This document shows positions 38,743 to 52,772 of a DNA stretch of 64,000 nucleotides, piece by piece. Location: assembly GCA_964016885.1 (NCBI GenBank), contig OZ024743.1, forward strand, positions 369,334,001 to 369,398,000. Direction: 5' to 3'. The translations under genes and the position numbers were made by a program. Origin of the DNA: Eledone cirrhosa (Eukaryota). The notes beneath the pieces are model-generated. The model did not search any database. It saw only the letters and a program-made list of their open reading frames with translations, and had not been told where the DNA came from. The stretch's first letter is position 1; every line of letters starts with the position of its first letter.

Positions 38743-40240
38743 TCATCATCATCATCATCATCAACGTTTAACGTCCGTGTTCCACGCTTGCATGGGTTTG
38801 GACGGGAGTAGTCCCACTTGAGGCAAGAGTGATTGTCTTGCTCGCATAGGACTGTCTGGCAGGTCTTCTACAGTTGGATGCCCTTCCTAACACCAACCAC
38901 ATTTACAGTGTGGGTCTGGGAGGTTTTTACCGTGTTGCCTACACGGCCACATTACAGCGTGGACTGTGTGTTTTTTTGTCGTGACACCTACACGATCTCA
39001 TTTGTTTCGGCCTCGATGGCGCGGCACCAACATAACTTTACATAGAACGGGGTGGTGTGGATGGAGTGGGGGTGGTGGTGGTGGGACGGGGTGTATTTTG
39101 TTAGAGATGCCTACTGGCTGGAGTAGGTTTTACTATATATTTAGGTAAGGCGGGTCTTCTCTGTTACTGAGTACCGCCAAAGGTCTCGGTCCAGTGACAT
39201 TGTCTTGGAGAGGTGTAAGTGTGTGATGTCGGAGTTTATCAGCTCGTCCCAGGTTTTTCTAGGTCTGCCTATTCCGTGACTACCGTCTATCTTTATTGCC
39301 CTGCACTTTGTTATACAGCTATCGACTTTCATGCGCATCACGTGTCCATACCAACGTAGCCTTCTCTCGAGTAAACATCTGATCCCTCTTATCTCTAATT
39401 TTTTCCTTAGTTCGTTTATGCTTTGCCGTTCACGTATATTACTGTTACACATCCAGCGGAGCATGCAAGCTTCGTTCCTCTCTAGTCTGCGTATATCCTC
39501 TGCACACAATGCCCAGGTCTCACTGCCATGCAGCATTGCTGTTCGTATGCAGGCATCGTACAACCTGCCTTTCATTTTTAGGGAGAACCCTTTAGCAGCT
39601 AATGGTGGTATAAGCTCTCTGAACTTTTTCCAACCAGTTCTGATACTAGCTACAGTACTTTCAGAGCACCCTCCCCCACTGCTGATTTTATCGCCCAGGT
39701 AACGGAAGCTGTCCACTATTTCTATAGAACCCTCTGCGCAATTGAAAGAGCTAGTATTTTGTGGGCACTTGCTGCTACTTATTGCACCAGAACACCGGCC
39801 ACATGTAAAATCTATGTTCTTAGTTAGCTTACCTGTGATCCCACTACATCTTTTATGCACCCATACTTTGCATTTAGGACATAAAATGGAGTTTCTACCT
39901 ACGCCTTTCCTACACACCGAGCACGACCATTTCCCAGAAGGGATCGCCGCCTTGTTTTCTTTCCTACAAACTAGAACTTTGGTCTTAGCCAGGTTGATTT
40001 TAAGTCCTTTTGAATCTAGGCCGTGCTTCCATGTTTGGAATTTCTTCTCTAGCTCGGCCATTGATTCCGCTATGAGTGTCAGGTCGTCTGCGTATAGGAG
40101 TTACAATGGGCAGCCTGTCTTGAACTCCTCTGTTATAGCCTGAAGGGCAATAATAAATAGTAGGGGGCTGAGAACAGAGCCCTGATGGACGCCAACTTTT
40201 ACGCTAAACTCTTCACTATATTCGTTGTTAATTCTAACCT
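38743..40240 (-). mobile_element. RTE LINE (PHD family), 5'-truncated copy 4
   Basis: ORF 39141-40061 with the complete PHD; near-identical to 50495-51981; (GAT)n tail. Confidence 0.95.
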
Positions 40241-40613
40241 ATTGTATATATATATTATACATATTGTATATATATATATATATTATACATATTGTATATA
40301 TATATATTATACATATTGTATATATGTATATTATACATATTGTATATATATATATTATATATATTGTATATATATATATTATATATATTGTATATATATA
40401 TATTATATATATTGTATATATATATATTATATATATTGTATATATATATTATATATATTGTATATATATATTATATATATTGTATATATATATATATTGT
40501 ATATATATATATATATTGTATATATATATATATTGTATATATATATATTATATATATTGTGTATATATATATTGTATATATATATATATATTGTATATAT
40601 ATATATATATTGT
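40241..40613. repeat. AT-rich array with ~21-bp higher-order unit (tatatatattatatatattg)
   Basis: Direct reading. Confidence 0.9.
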
Positions 40614-41066
40614 ACAGTCCACGCTGTAAATGTGGCCGTGTAGGCAACACGGTAAAAACCTCCCAGCCCCACACTGTAAATGTGGTTGGTGTTAGGAAGG
40701 GCATCCAGCTGTAGAAAACCCGCCAGACAGTCCACGCTGTAATGTGGCCGTGTAGGCAACACGGTAAAAACCTCCCAGCCCCACACTGTAAATGTGGTTG
40801 GTGTTAGGAAGGGCATCCAGCTGTAGAAAACCCGCCAGACAGTCCACGCTGTAATGTGGCCGTGTAGGCAACACGGTAAAAACCTCCCAGCCCCACACTG
40901 TAAATGTGGTTGGTGTTAGGAAGGGCATCCAACTGTAGAAAACCCGCCAGACAGTCCTATGCGAGCAAGACAACCACTCTTGCCTCAAGTGGGAAAACCC
41001 CCGTCCAAACCCATGCAAGCGTGGAACACGGACGCTAAACCTGATGATGATGATGATGATGATGAT
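40614..41066 (+). mobile_element. RTE 3'UTR with a triplicated 112-113-bp segment and (GAT)n tail
   Basis: Units start at 40614, 40727 and 40839, each at ACAGTCC. Confidence 0.9.
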
Positions 41067-41214
41067 ATTGTATATATATATATTATATATATTGTATATA
41101 TATATCATATATATATACATATTGTATATATATATATATATATATATTGTATATATGTATGTATATATATATATATATATTGTATATATGTATGTATATA
41201 TATATATATATGTA

Positions 41215-41250
<36 letters not shown>

Positions 41251-41866
41251 TATATATATATATATGTATGTATATATATATATATGTATGTATGTATGTA
41301 TATGTATGTATGTATGTATATATATATATATATGTATGTATATATGTATATATATATATATGTATGTATATATATATGTATGTATATATGTATGTATATA
41401 TGTATGTATATATATATGTATGTATATATGTATGTATATATATATATATGTATGTATGTATATATATATATGTATGTATGTATATATATATGTATGTATG
41501 TATGTATATATATATATGTATGTATATATATATGTATGTATGTATATATATATATGTATGTATATATATATATGTATGTATGTATATATATATATGTATG
41601 TATATATATATATGTATGTATATATATATATGTATGTATATATATATATGTATGTATGTATATATATATGTATGTATGTATATGTATGTATATGTATTTA
41701 TATATATATTTATATATGTATGTATATATATATATGTATATATATATTTATATATATATGTATGTATATATATATATGTATATATATATGTATATATGTA
41801 TGTATATATGTATATATATATTTATATATGTATGTATATATGTATGTATATATTTATATATGTATG

Positions 41867-41917
<51 letters not shown>

Positions 41918-41923
41918 AGTATG

Positions 41924-41954
<31 letters not shown>

Positions 41955-42237
41955 GTATATATATATATGTATGTATGTATATATATATATGTATGTATGT
42001 ATGTATATATATATATGTATGTATGTATATATATATATATGTATGTATGTATATATATATATGTATGTATGTATATATATATATGTATGTATGTATGTAT
42101 ATATATATATGTATGTATGTATATATATATATGTATGTATGTATATATATATATGTATGTATGTATGTATATATATATATGTATGTATGTATGTATATAT
42201 ATATATATGTATGTATGTATATATATATGTATGTATA

Positions 42238-42277
<40 letters not shown>

Positions 42278-42331
42278 CGTATATATGTATATATATATGT
42301 ATGTATATATATATGTATGTATATATGTATG

Positions 42332-42365
<34 letters not shown>

Positions 42366-42491
42366 TGTATGTATGTATGTATGTATTTATGTATATATAT
42401 ATATATGTATGTATGTATTTATGTATATATGTATGTATATATATATGTATGTATATATATATGTATGTATATATATATATGTATGTATATA

Positions 42492-42524
<33 letters not shown>

Positions 42525-42569
42525 TTATGTATATATATATATATATATATGGATGTATGTATATATATG
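41067..42569. repeat. Compound (TA)n/(TATG)n microsatellite
   Basis: Direct reading. Confidence 0.95.
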
Positions 42570-45517
42570 TTTTCTCTTTCTCTTAATTTCGAGTATATTT
42601 TTTTGACCGGCCACCTTCCTGGTGGCAAGGTTGTAAAAGAAAAGAAATTGTCATCCCTTGAATCGCAAGAATGTTTTGCAAATTTTGAAGGTGCCAGCTA
42701 TCGCAGCCATTTGTAGACTATGAATTAGGGAGCTGCGCTTTTTGTCCGCAAATCCAAGTTCGGTCATACTTTGGTCCAAGCGGGTTGGTATATAACCCGT
42801 AGCACCAATAATGATGGGTATGAAGCTAAAGGTGTATCTTGGATACTGGATTTGTAAACTCCTCATCAATGGTCCGTAGATGTCCTCCTTCTCCTGTATT
42901 TTTCTGACAACGTTTACATCAAGTGGGCAGCTGATCTCCACAACAGAACACGTTTTCAATGTGTGGTCCCAAACTACAATATCAGGCCGGTTGTGCTTTA
43001 ATTTGGTGGCAGTTTTTATTTTCAGGTTCCACCAGTATTCCTTAGTGCCATCTGTCTCAATATATTCTTCCTCGTTTGTTGTTAATTTTGTTTTCCGAAG
43101 TGCGTTCCAGATAGTTCTAGCTATCCCATCGTGTCTCATGGGGAGGTAGTAGCGAGATGACATTCTTTCGCAGCTGGCAACAATGTGGCTTACATCCTCG
43201 ATCTTTGTTTTACATAGCCTACATTTATTGTCAGCTGCTGGCCCTCCTCTTTTGTGCAGCAGATATTTGGTAGGGAGTTCTTGTTCCTGTATTGCATAGA
43301 GATATCCCTCAAGGTGTGATGTCATAAACTTGTCGGAACTCCATGCCAGGCTTTTTGAGTGGTTTATCCCCTCTATGGTCTGTGTTTTATGCCTCAAGTA
43401 GCCATGCACAACTTTCTCTGTAAATTGGTCAATTTTTTTTTCTTGTTTGAACATTGAATAGGATCTTCCGATTTCTCTGGGTGAGAGATTTATATCAGGC
43501 TTTATTCCATATCTCTCCTCCAGATCAGTCGCTATTCTAATGATATTTCTTTTTTCATGCTCATAAACCTGAGCAAGATGGTCGCCAACCTTTTTCCTCT
43601 GTTGAAGGTGTTGCTTCAGTGTTACTATCCGGGTCTCATATATTGTTAATATTGATTTTAGACCCCGGCCACCTTCCTTGCGTGAGAAGTATAGCCTATC
43701 CACATCACCATTGATGTTAAAGTTCCCAGTAACACTGAGAAGTTTTCGAGTTCTAGCATCCATCTCACTTAGTTCTTGCAATGACCAGTTCAGTAGGCCA
43801 AATGTTGGCGTTAGAATTGGCACAGCATAGGTATTGTGGGCAATGTATTTGTTGTATGCTGACAGTTCTGATGACCATATTTTTTTTACTCTTCTGAGGT
43901 ATTCAGTTCTGGTTCTCTCCTTATTTATGGGTCCATCATATCTGACATTCTCATCCTGTCCAAGATATCTGTAGTTGTCACCTGACTGCAGAGGTTGTAT
44001 TGTCAGGCCGTTCATCTCTAGATTTCTAGAGGAGGGCACAGCTCTTCCACGTTTTACTGCCAAATATGCACACTTGGACTCACCAAATTTCATTTTGATG
44101 TCGGTTGAAAATTGTGTAATGAGGTCCAATTGTTTCTTGATGTCATTGATATTTGGCCCATACAACTTCAGGTCATCAACAAAGAAAAGATGGGAGATAC
44201 TTCTGGGCCCACTTCTTTGTCCACCTTGTTTCCTGAGTAGGTAAGATAGTGGATTCAGTGAGAGAACGAAGAGTAGTACTGACAAGCTATCACCCTGAAA
44301 GATGCCCTTCTGGTAATGTATCCTATCAGTCTTAACCTGCTCCTTCTCACCTCTAAGGATCAAATTGGTGTACCAGTTCTTGGTCAGGCGTTCAACAGCA
44401 GCTACTAATGGTTGTGGGACTTTAGCTAACTGTAAAGCCTTAATAATCCACCCATGAGGTACACTATCAAATGCTTTTTGATAGTCCAGCCACACGACAG
44501 TCATGTTTCTGCGATTCTTTGTTGTTTTTTCCTGAATCATTTTGTTAGTTAGTAGGTGATCTATGCAACCCCACACCTCCCTCTTTCCACCAGCTTGCTC
44601 AGGTGTTATGATGTTGTTGGTAGCACAGTGATCCTGTAAGAACAGGTTAAGGCACCCAGTATATAATTTATACATGATGTTTTGGCAGGCAATTGGGCGG
44701 TAATTTTTAGCAAGGGTGGTTTGGCTATTTTTGGGAATGAGGAGAGTAGTGGCAGTTGATAACCATCTGGGCAGTTCTTGTGTGCCCTTAATGGTTTCTG
44801 TAAACAGCCGTATGAGATCTTGCCGATAGAAAGTGAAATTCTTCAACCAGTATCCTGTAATGAGGTCTGGGCCTGGCGATTTCCTATTCGACATTTTCTG
44901 TAGAGCTGTTTCCAGTATTGACCGATCTATGTCATATTGTTTTGTCTGGACATGTTGGCAGTAGTCCTGTTCCAGTTGTTTTAGCCAATTAGCTTGTCTG
45001 TTGAATCCGTCATCCGTTTCCCATACAGATCTCCAGTAGTTCTCAACCTGTTCTTTTGAAGGGGTGTCGTTTACAGGGATTGAGCTTTTGCCACCGAAGC
45101 TGCGATAAACTGATTTAGGATCTCTGGCAAACTATCTATTTAGCACTTGTCGTTTATGTGCTGTTGACTTATATTTTAGTCTTTCTGTTGTAGCTGTGAG
45201 TTGTTGTTTCAACTGGTGTAATTTGGAGTTCAAAGTTTTAAATTTTGTATCTCCAAATCGTCTCTCTAACTTTTTCTTTAGGTCTTCCTGGTGTCGTGTG
45301 AAGTTGCTCTCTATGTTGCATTTCATAACGACTGCGATGTGTGAGATACTTCGTCTCAGGAACAAAATTTTGGTTTTTAAATTTCGCATCCACGCTGGTT
45401 CAGGCTTTCTGTTTGTATCTTGATTGCGTGGTTTTAGATGTGTGTTATATGATAGCAATGTGACAGCTGAAACATATAACAAAACATTGAGCGTTTCAAA
45501 TGTCGTTTCTACACCTG
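42570..45517 (-). mobile_element. Dong/R4-type RLE non-LTR retrotransposon, 5'-truncated, one in-frame stop
   Basis: RT (KSPGPD, NYRPIAC, WLDYQKAFDSVPH, GIFQGDSLS, FVDDLK, YRYLG), CCHC knuckle CRLCKTKIEDVSHIVASC, RLE RPDIVVWD...VEISCP...K. The ORF ending at TAG 45132-45134 is in frame with ORF 42651-44894 and the gap between them is open. Confidence 0.92.
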
Positions 45518-45787
45518 TATATGTATGTATATATGTATATATATATGTATGTATATATGTATGTATATATATATATATGTATATATATATGTATGTATAT
45601 ATATATATGTATATATGTATGTATATATATATATATATATGTATGTATATATATATATATATGTATGTATATATATATATGTATGTATATATATATATGT
45701 ATGTATATATATATATGTATGTATATATATATATATATATGTATGTATATATATATATATATGTATGTATATATATATATATGTATG

Positions 45788-45853
<66 letters not shown>

Positions 45854-45891
45854 TGTATATATATGTATATATATATATATGTATATATATG

Positions 45892-45926
<35 letters not shown>

Positions 45927-46031
45927 GTATGTATGTGTATGTATGTATGTATGTGTATGTATGTATATGTATGTATGTATATGTATGTATGTATGTATAT
46001 ATATGTATGTATGTATGTATGTATATGTATG

Positions 46032-46063
<32 letters not shown>

Positions 46064-46178
46064 TATATGTATGTATATATATATATATATGTATGTATGT
46101 ATGTATATGATGATATGTATATATATATATGTATGCATATGATGATGATATGTATATATGTATATGTATGTATATATA

Positions 46179-46214
<36 letters not shown>

Positions 46215-46260
46215 TGTATGTATGTATGTATGTATGTATGTGTATATATATATATATATG
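45518..46260. repeat. Compound (TA)n/(TATG)n microsatellite
   Basis: Direct reading. Confidence 0.95.
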
Positions 46261-46601
46261 GGGGCACATGGCTCAGTGGTTAGAGCATTGGTCTTGCAAT
46301 CGAAAGGTTGTGAGTTCAATTCTCAGACCGGGTGATGTGTTGTTTCCTTGAGCAAGACACTTTATTTCACATTGCTCCAGTTTACTCAGCTGTAGAAATG
46401 AGATGATTGGGACTGGGGTCCATATCATTCCACTGCAAAGTGGTCGTGGAAGTGCCATGGAAAAAAGGCACCCAGCACTCACTGTAAATGAGGTTGGTGT
46501 TAGGAAGGGCATCCAGCTGTAGAAAACAAGCCAGAATCAGTTCCCGTCCCACCCTTGCAAGCAGGGAAAAAGCGGACGTAAAATGAAATGATGATGATGA
46601 T
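46261..46601 (+). mobile_element. Full-length tRNA-derived CORE-like SINE with RTE 3' tail (family B)
   Basis: A box tggctcagtggttag, B box gagttcaattc, ccttgagcaagacacttt core, RTE-like ttggtgttaggaagggcatccagctgtagaaa, (GAT)n tail. Confidence 0.85.
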
Positions 46602-46618
46602 GTATATATATGTATATA

Positions 46619-46651
<33 letters not shown>

Positions 46652-46993
46652 ATGTATATATATATGTATATACATATATATACATCATCATCATCATTTC
46701 ATTTTACGTCCGCTTTTTACATACACATATATATATACATATATATATACATATATATATACATATATATATATATATACATATATATATACATATGTAT
46801 ATATATATGTATATATATATGTATATATATATGTATATATATATGTATATATATATATATGTATATATATATGTATATATATATGTATATATATATGTAT
46901 ATATATATGTATATATATATATGTGTATATATATATGTGTATATATATATGTGTATATATATATGTGTATATATATATGTGTATATATATATG

Positions 46994-47026
<33 letters not shown>

Positions 47027-47177
47027 GTATATGTATATGTATATATGTATATATATATGTATATATATATATGTATATATATATATGTATATATATATAT
47101 ATGTATATATATATGTATATGTGTATATATATATGTATATATGTGTATATATATATATATATGTGTATATATATATA

Positions 47178-47224
<47 letters not shown>

Positions 47225-47252
47225 GTGTATATATATATATATGTATATATGT

Positions 47253-47310
<58 letters not shown>

Positions 47311-47437
47311 GTATATGTATATATGTATATGTATATATATATATGTATATATGTATATGTATATATATATATGTATATATATATATGTATATATATATGT
47401 ATATGTATATATATATATGTATATATATATGTATATG

Positions 47438-47488
<51 letters not shown>

Positions 47489-47549
47489 GTGTATATATAT
47501 ATATATATATATGTATATACATATATATATGTATATATATATATATGTG

Positions 47550-47586
<37 letters not shown>

Positions 47587-47613
47587 GTGTATATATATAT
47601 ATATATATATGTG

Positions 47614-47650
<37 letters not shown>

Positions 47651-47653
47651 GTG

Positions 47654-47684
<31 letters not shown>

Positions 47685-47697
47685 GTATATATATATG

Positions 47698-47792
<95 letters not shown>

Positions 47793-47815
47793 GTATATAT
47801 ATGTATATATATGTA
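46602..47815. repeat. Compound microsatellite containing an inverted copy of the SINE tail at 46683-46718
   Basis: Direct reading. Confidence 0.9.
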
Positions 47816-48511
47816 TGGATGTGTAACAGTAATATACGTGAACGGCAAAGCATAAACGAACTAAGGAAAAAATTAGAAATAAGAGGGATCAGATGTTGTT
47901 TACTCGAGAGAAGGCTACGTTGGTATGGACACGTGATGCGCATGAAAGTCGATAGCTGTATAACAAAGTGCAGGGCAATAAAGATAGACGGTAGCCACGG
48001 AATAGGCAGACCTAGAAAAACCTGGGACGAGCTGATAAACTCCGACCTCACACACTTACACCTCTCCAAGACAATGTCACTGGACCGAGACCTTTGGCGG
48101 TACTCAGTAACAGAGAAGACCCGCCTTGCCAGTAGGCATCTCTAACAAAATACACCCCGTCCCACCACCACCACCCCCATCCCATCCACACCAGCCCGTT
48201 CTATGTAAAGTTATGTTGGTGCCGCGCCATCCAGGCTGAAACAAATGAGATCGTGTAGGTGTCACGACAAAAAAACACACAGTCCACGCTGTAATGTGGC
48301 CGTGTAGGCAACACGGTAAAAACCTCCCAGACCCACACTGTAAATGTGGTTGGTGTTAGGAAGGGCATCCAACTGTAGAAAACCTGCCAGACAGTCCTAT
48401 GCGAGCAAGACAATCACTCTTGCCTCAAGTGGGACTACCCCCGTCCAAACCCATGCAAGCGTGGAACACGGACGTTAAACGTTGATGATGATGATGATGA
48501 TGATGATGATG
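47816..48511 (+). mobile_element. RTE LINE (PHD family), 3' fragment copy 5
   Basis: [12 protein letters not shown]...EKTRL; a small deletion removes the native stop; (GAT)n tail. Confidence 0.92.
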
Positions 48512-48578
48512 TGTATATATATATATGTATATATATGTATATGTATATATATATATGTATATATATGTATATATGTAT

Positions 48579-48610
<32 letters not shown>

Positions 48611-48863
48611 GTTTATATATATATATATGTGTATATATATATATATGTATATATATATATGTATATATATGTGTATATATATGTGTATATATATATATGT
48701 ATATATATATATATGTGTATATATATATGTATATATATATATATATATATGTGTATATATATGTATATATATATATATATGTGTATATATATATATATAT
48801 ATGTGTATATATATATATATATATATGTGTATATATATATATGTATATGTATATATATATATG

Positions 48864-48912
<49 letters not shown>

Positions 48913-48974
48913 GTATATATATGTATATATATGTATATATATGTATATATATATGTATATATATATATGTATAT

Positions 48975-51900
48975 ATCGCAGGCGACCTAAATGGTCACGT
49001 TGGACAACATTGTGACGGCTACGACGAAATCCATGGAGGCTATGGGTTTGGTACTAGAAATGAGGAAGGCTCCAGAATCCTGGAATTCTGTGATGCAAAT
49101 AACCTAACTATCTGTAACACTAACTTCAAAAAACGTGACAATCACCTGATCACCTATAGATCCGGGGAACACACAAGCCAGGTAGATTATATCCTTACCA
49201 GAAGACGTGACAGAGTGTCTGTTGTAAACACTAAATCCCTCCCCCATGAAGAATGCACCTCCCAACATAGACTGATAATTAGCGACCTCATAGTCAGGAC
49301 GAGATGTACTCGACAGCAGAAGAGGACTATCCTCAGGAGAAAAATATGGAAGCTAAAGGACCCCACAGCCAGGAATAAATTTCAAAGCATATTACTTGAT
49401 GCTTTCGACAGTAAGGAAGAACATTTAGAGTCGGACAATATAGAGGGAGAGTGGGAATTTCTGAAAGCAAACCTGCTGTTGGCGACAGACGAAGTCTGTG
49501 GCTGGAGCAGGCCTGTAGGCAGGAGGAGAGTAACATGGTGGTGGAACAGTAAGGCGGAGGGGTCAATTAAGGCCAAAAAGCAGGCTTGGAAAGTATGGCG
49601 GGATGGGGGAAGTAGAGAAGACTATCAATTGGCCAGGAGGGAAGCTAGGAGACAAGTGTACTTAGCAAGAAGGGAAGCTGAGGAAAGAAAGTTCAAGCAT
49701 GTTCTACAACGCGATGACCAAAAACGTGAGGTGTTCAGGATTGCTAGGCAATGCGTCAAGGAAAACCGTGATATTGTCGGGGAGAAGTGTGTACTAAACG
49801 ACGATGGCACACTTGCCATCACCGACGCTGATAAGAAGGTAGCTTGGAAGTGTCACTATGAAAGGCTACTAAATGAGGAGAATAAATGGGAGAAAGACAG
49901 TCTCCCCCATATCGACCCAATAGAGAGACCAGCAGTGTTAGTCGAGGGGAGTATAATAAGTAAGGCAATCAAGGATATGAAGACGGGTAAGGCGGCTGGG
50001 CCTTCGGAAATAGTTGCTGAGATGCTGAAGGCATCTGGCACGGTGGGAAACACCATGGTCACCCGCATAGTTAACCAAGTCGTACAGAATGGGGTTGTTC
50101 CGAAGGACTGGCATAGCAGCATCATCGTTAACTGTTATAAGGGTAAAGGAGACGCCCTAGATAGGAGTAACTATAGAGGCATTAAATTAATCGACCAGGT
50201 CATGAAGGTCACGGAAAAAGTAATAGCGCAACTAATCAGAGAGAGAATTGACCTAGATGAAATGCAGTTCGGGTTTGTGTCAGGCAAAAGTACCACAGAC
50301 GCTCTTTTCATAGTACGACAACTACAGGAGAAGTACCTAGCTAAAGGTAAACCCCTCTACTTAGCTTTTGTCGACTTGGAGAAAGCCTTCGACAGAGTCC
50401 CCCGCTCCATTATCTGGTGGGCTCTTAGAAAACTAGGCGTTGACGAATGGCTTGTGAGGGCTATACAAGCCATGTATAAAGAAACAGTCAGCAAGGTTAG
50501 AATTAACAACGAATATAGTGAAGAGTTTAGCGTAAAAGTTGGCGTCCATCAGGGCTCTGTTCTCAGCCCCCTACTATTTATTATTGCCCTTCAGGCTATA
50601 ACAGAGGAGTTCAAGACAGGCTGCCCATGGGAACTCCTATACGCAGACGACCTGACACTCATAGCGGAATCAATGACCGAGCTAGAGAAGAAATTCCAAA
50701 CATGGAAGCACGGCCTAGAGTGAAAAGGACTTAAAATTAACCTGGCTAAGACCAAAGTACTAGTTTGTAGGAAAGAAAACAAGGCGGCGGTCCCTTCTGG
50801 GAAATGGTCGTGCTCGGTGTGTAGGAAAGGCGTAGGTAGAAACTCCATTTTATGTCCTAAATGCAAAGTATGGGTGCATAAAAGATGTAGTGGGATCACA
50901 GGTAAGCTAACTAAGAACATAGATTTTACATGTGGCCGGTGTTCTGGTGCAATAAGTAGCAGCAAGTGCCCACAAAATACTAGCTCTTTCAATTGCGCAG
51001 AGGGTTCTATAGAAATAGTGGACAGCTTCCGTTACCTGGGCGATAAAATCAGCAGTGGGGGAGGGTGCTCTGAAAGTACTGTAGCTAGAGTCAGAACTGG
51101 TTGGAAAAAGTTCAGAGAGCTTATACCACTATTAGCTGCTAAAGGGTTCTCCCTAAAAATGAAAGGCAGGTTGTACGATGCCTGCATACGAACAGCAATG
51201 CTGCATGGCAGTGAGACCTGGGCATTGTGTGCAGAGGATATACGCAGACTAGAGAGGAACGAAGCTTGCATGCTCCGCTGGATGTGTAACAGTAATATAC
51301 GTGAACGGCAAAGCATAAACGAACTAAGGAAAAAATTAGAGATAAGAGGGATCAGATGTTGTTTACTCGAGAGAAGGCTACGCTGGTATGGACACGTGAT
51401 GCGCATGAAAGTCGATAGCTGTATAACAAAGTGCAGGGCAATAAAGATAGACGGTAGTCACGGAATAGGCAGACCTAGAAAAACCTGGGACGAGCTGATA
51501 AACTCCGACATCACACACTTACACCTCTCCAAGACAATGTCACTGGACCGAGACCTTTGGCGGTACTCAGTAACAGAGAAGACCCGCCTTACCTAAATAT
51601 ATAGTAAAACCTACTCCAGCCAGTAGGCATCTCTAACAAAATACACCCCGTCCCACCACCCCCACCCCATCCACACCACCCCGTTCTAGGTAAAGTTATG
51701 TTGGTGCCGCGCCATCGAGGCCGAAACAAATGAGATCGTGTAGGTGTCACGACAAAAAAACACACAGTCCACGCTGTAATGTGGCCGTGTAGGCAACACG
51801 GTAAAAACCTCCCAGACCCACACTGTAAATGTGGTTGGTGTTAGGAAGGGCATCCAACTGTAGAAAACCTGCCAGACAGTCCTATGCGAGCAAGACAATC

Positions 51901-51981
51901 ACTCTTGCCTCAAGTAGGACTACCCCCGTCCAAACCCATGCAAGCGTGGAACACGGACGTTAAACGTTGATGATGATGATG
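48975..51981 (+). mobile_element. RTE LINE (PHD family), longest copy 6: partial EN, RT, PHD; single nonsense codon
   Basis: [10 protein letters not shown]...QVDYIL...SQH (EN), a full RT, TGA at 50721-50723 where copy 4 has TCA, in-frame continuation to 51596, then 3'UTR and (GAT)n. Confidence 0.95.
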
Positions 51982-52116
51982 TATATATATGTATATGTAT
52001 ATGTATATGTATATATATATGTATATGTATATATATATGTATATGTATATATGTGTATATGTATATATATGTATATGTATATATGTATACATATATGTAT
52101 ATATGTATATATATAT

Positions 52117-52772
52117 TGTGTCCTGAAGGTGTGTCGACACGAACTTGCAACTCCTCTTGCTAATCTGTGGAGGAACTCACTGGACACTGTCTATATTCCT
52201 GAAAACTTTCTGTCCCAGTCTGTTGTCTCAGTTTTCAAAAAGGGAAATAAGTCCCTTGCCGTGAACTACCGTCCGATTTCAGTCACCTCTCATATTATCA
52301 GGGTATTTGAGAGGGTGGTGAGATCACGAATCACCCACTTCCTTGAAAGCACCGGCCTGCTGAACTCCTGCATCACTTTGACAATGTTTTGAGAGCCTTG
52401 GGAGAGGGCTCCAACACTGATGTCATCTACCTTGATTTCAGCAAGGCCTTCTGCAGGGTTGATCATAATATTCTACTGAAAAAACTATCCAATGTTGGTG
52501 TCTCTGGAAGGTTACTACAGTGGATCAAATGTTTCCTGACAGGAAGAACCCAGCATGTTGTAGGAGTAAAATCAAGCCCTGCAGTGGCGTCCCACAAGGC
52601 ACTGTGTTGGGCCCACTTCTTTTTATCATCTACATTAATGACATTACTGACATCATCAAACACAGCAACAGAATCTTCGCAGGTGATTCCAAGCTCCAAA
52701 GGGTCATCAGCGAGGTGGGTGACCAGACTTGCCTTCAGTCAGACCTACTGGCTGTTATCCAATGGGCACAGT
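52117..52772 (+). mobile_element. Degenerate fragment of the CR1-group LINE
   Basis: [23 protein letters not shown]...NYRPISVTS, YLDFSKAF, GVPQGTVLGPLLF; contains deletions. Confidence 0.9.

Noticed and set aside
46261-46335. tRNA gene
   Set aside because: A and B boxes are present, but I could not form a convincing acceptor stem and the sequence continues into a SINE body and tail.
50721-50723. Selenocysteine or readthrough TGA in the RTE ORF
   Set aside because: Copy 4 has TCA (Ser) and copy 3 has AGA at this position, so it is a copy-specific nonsense mutation.
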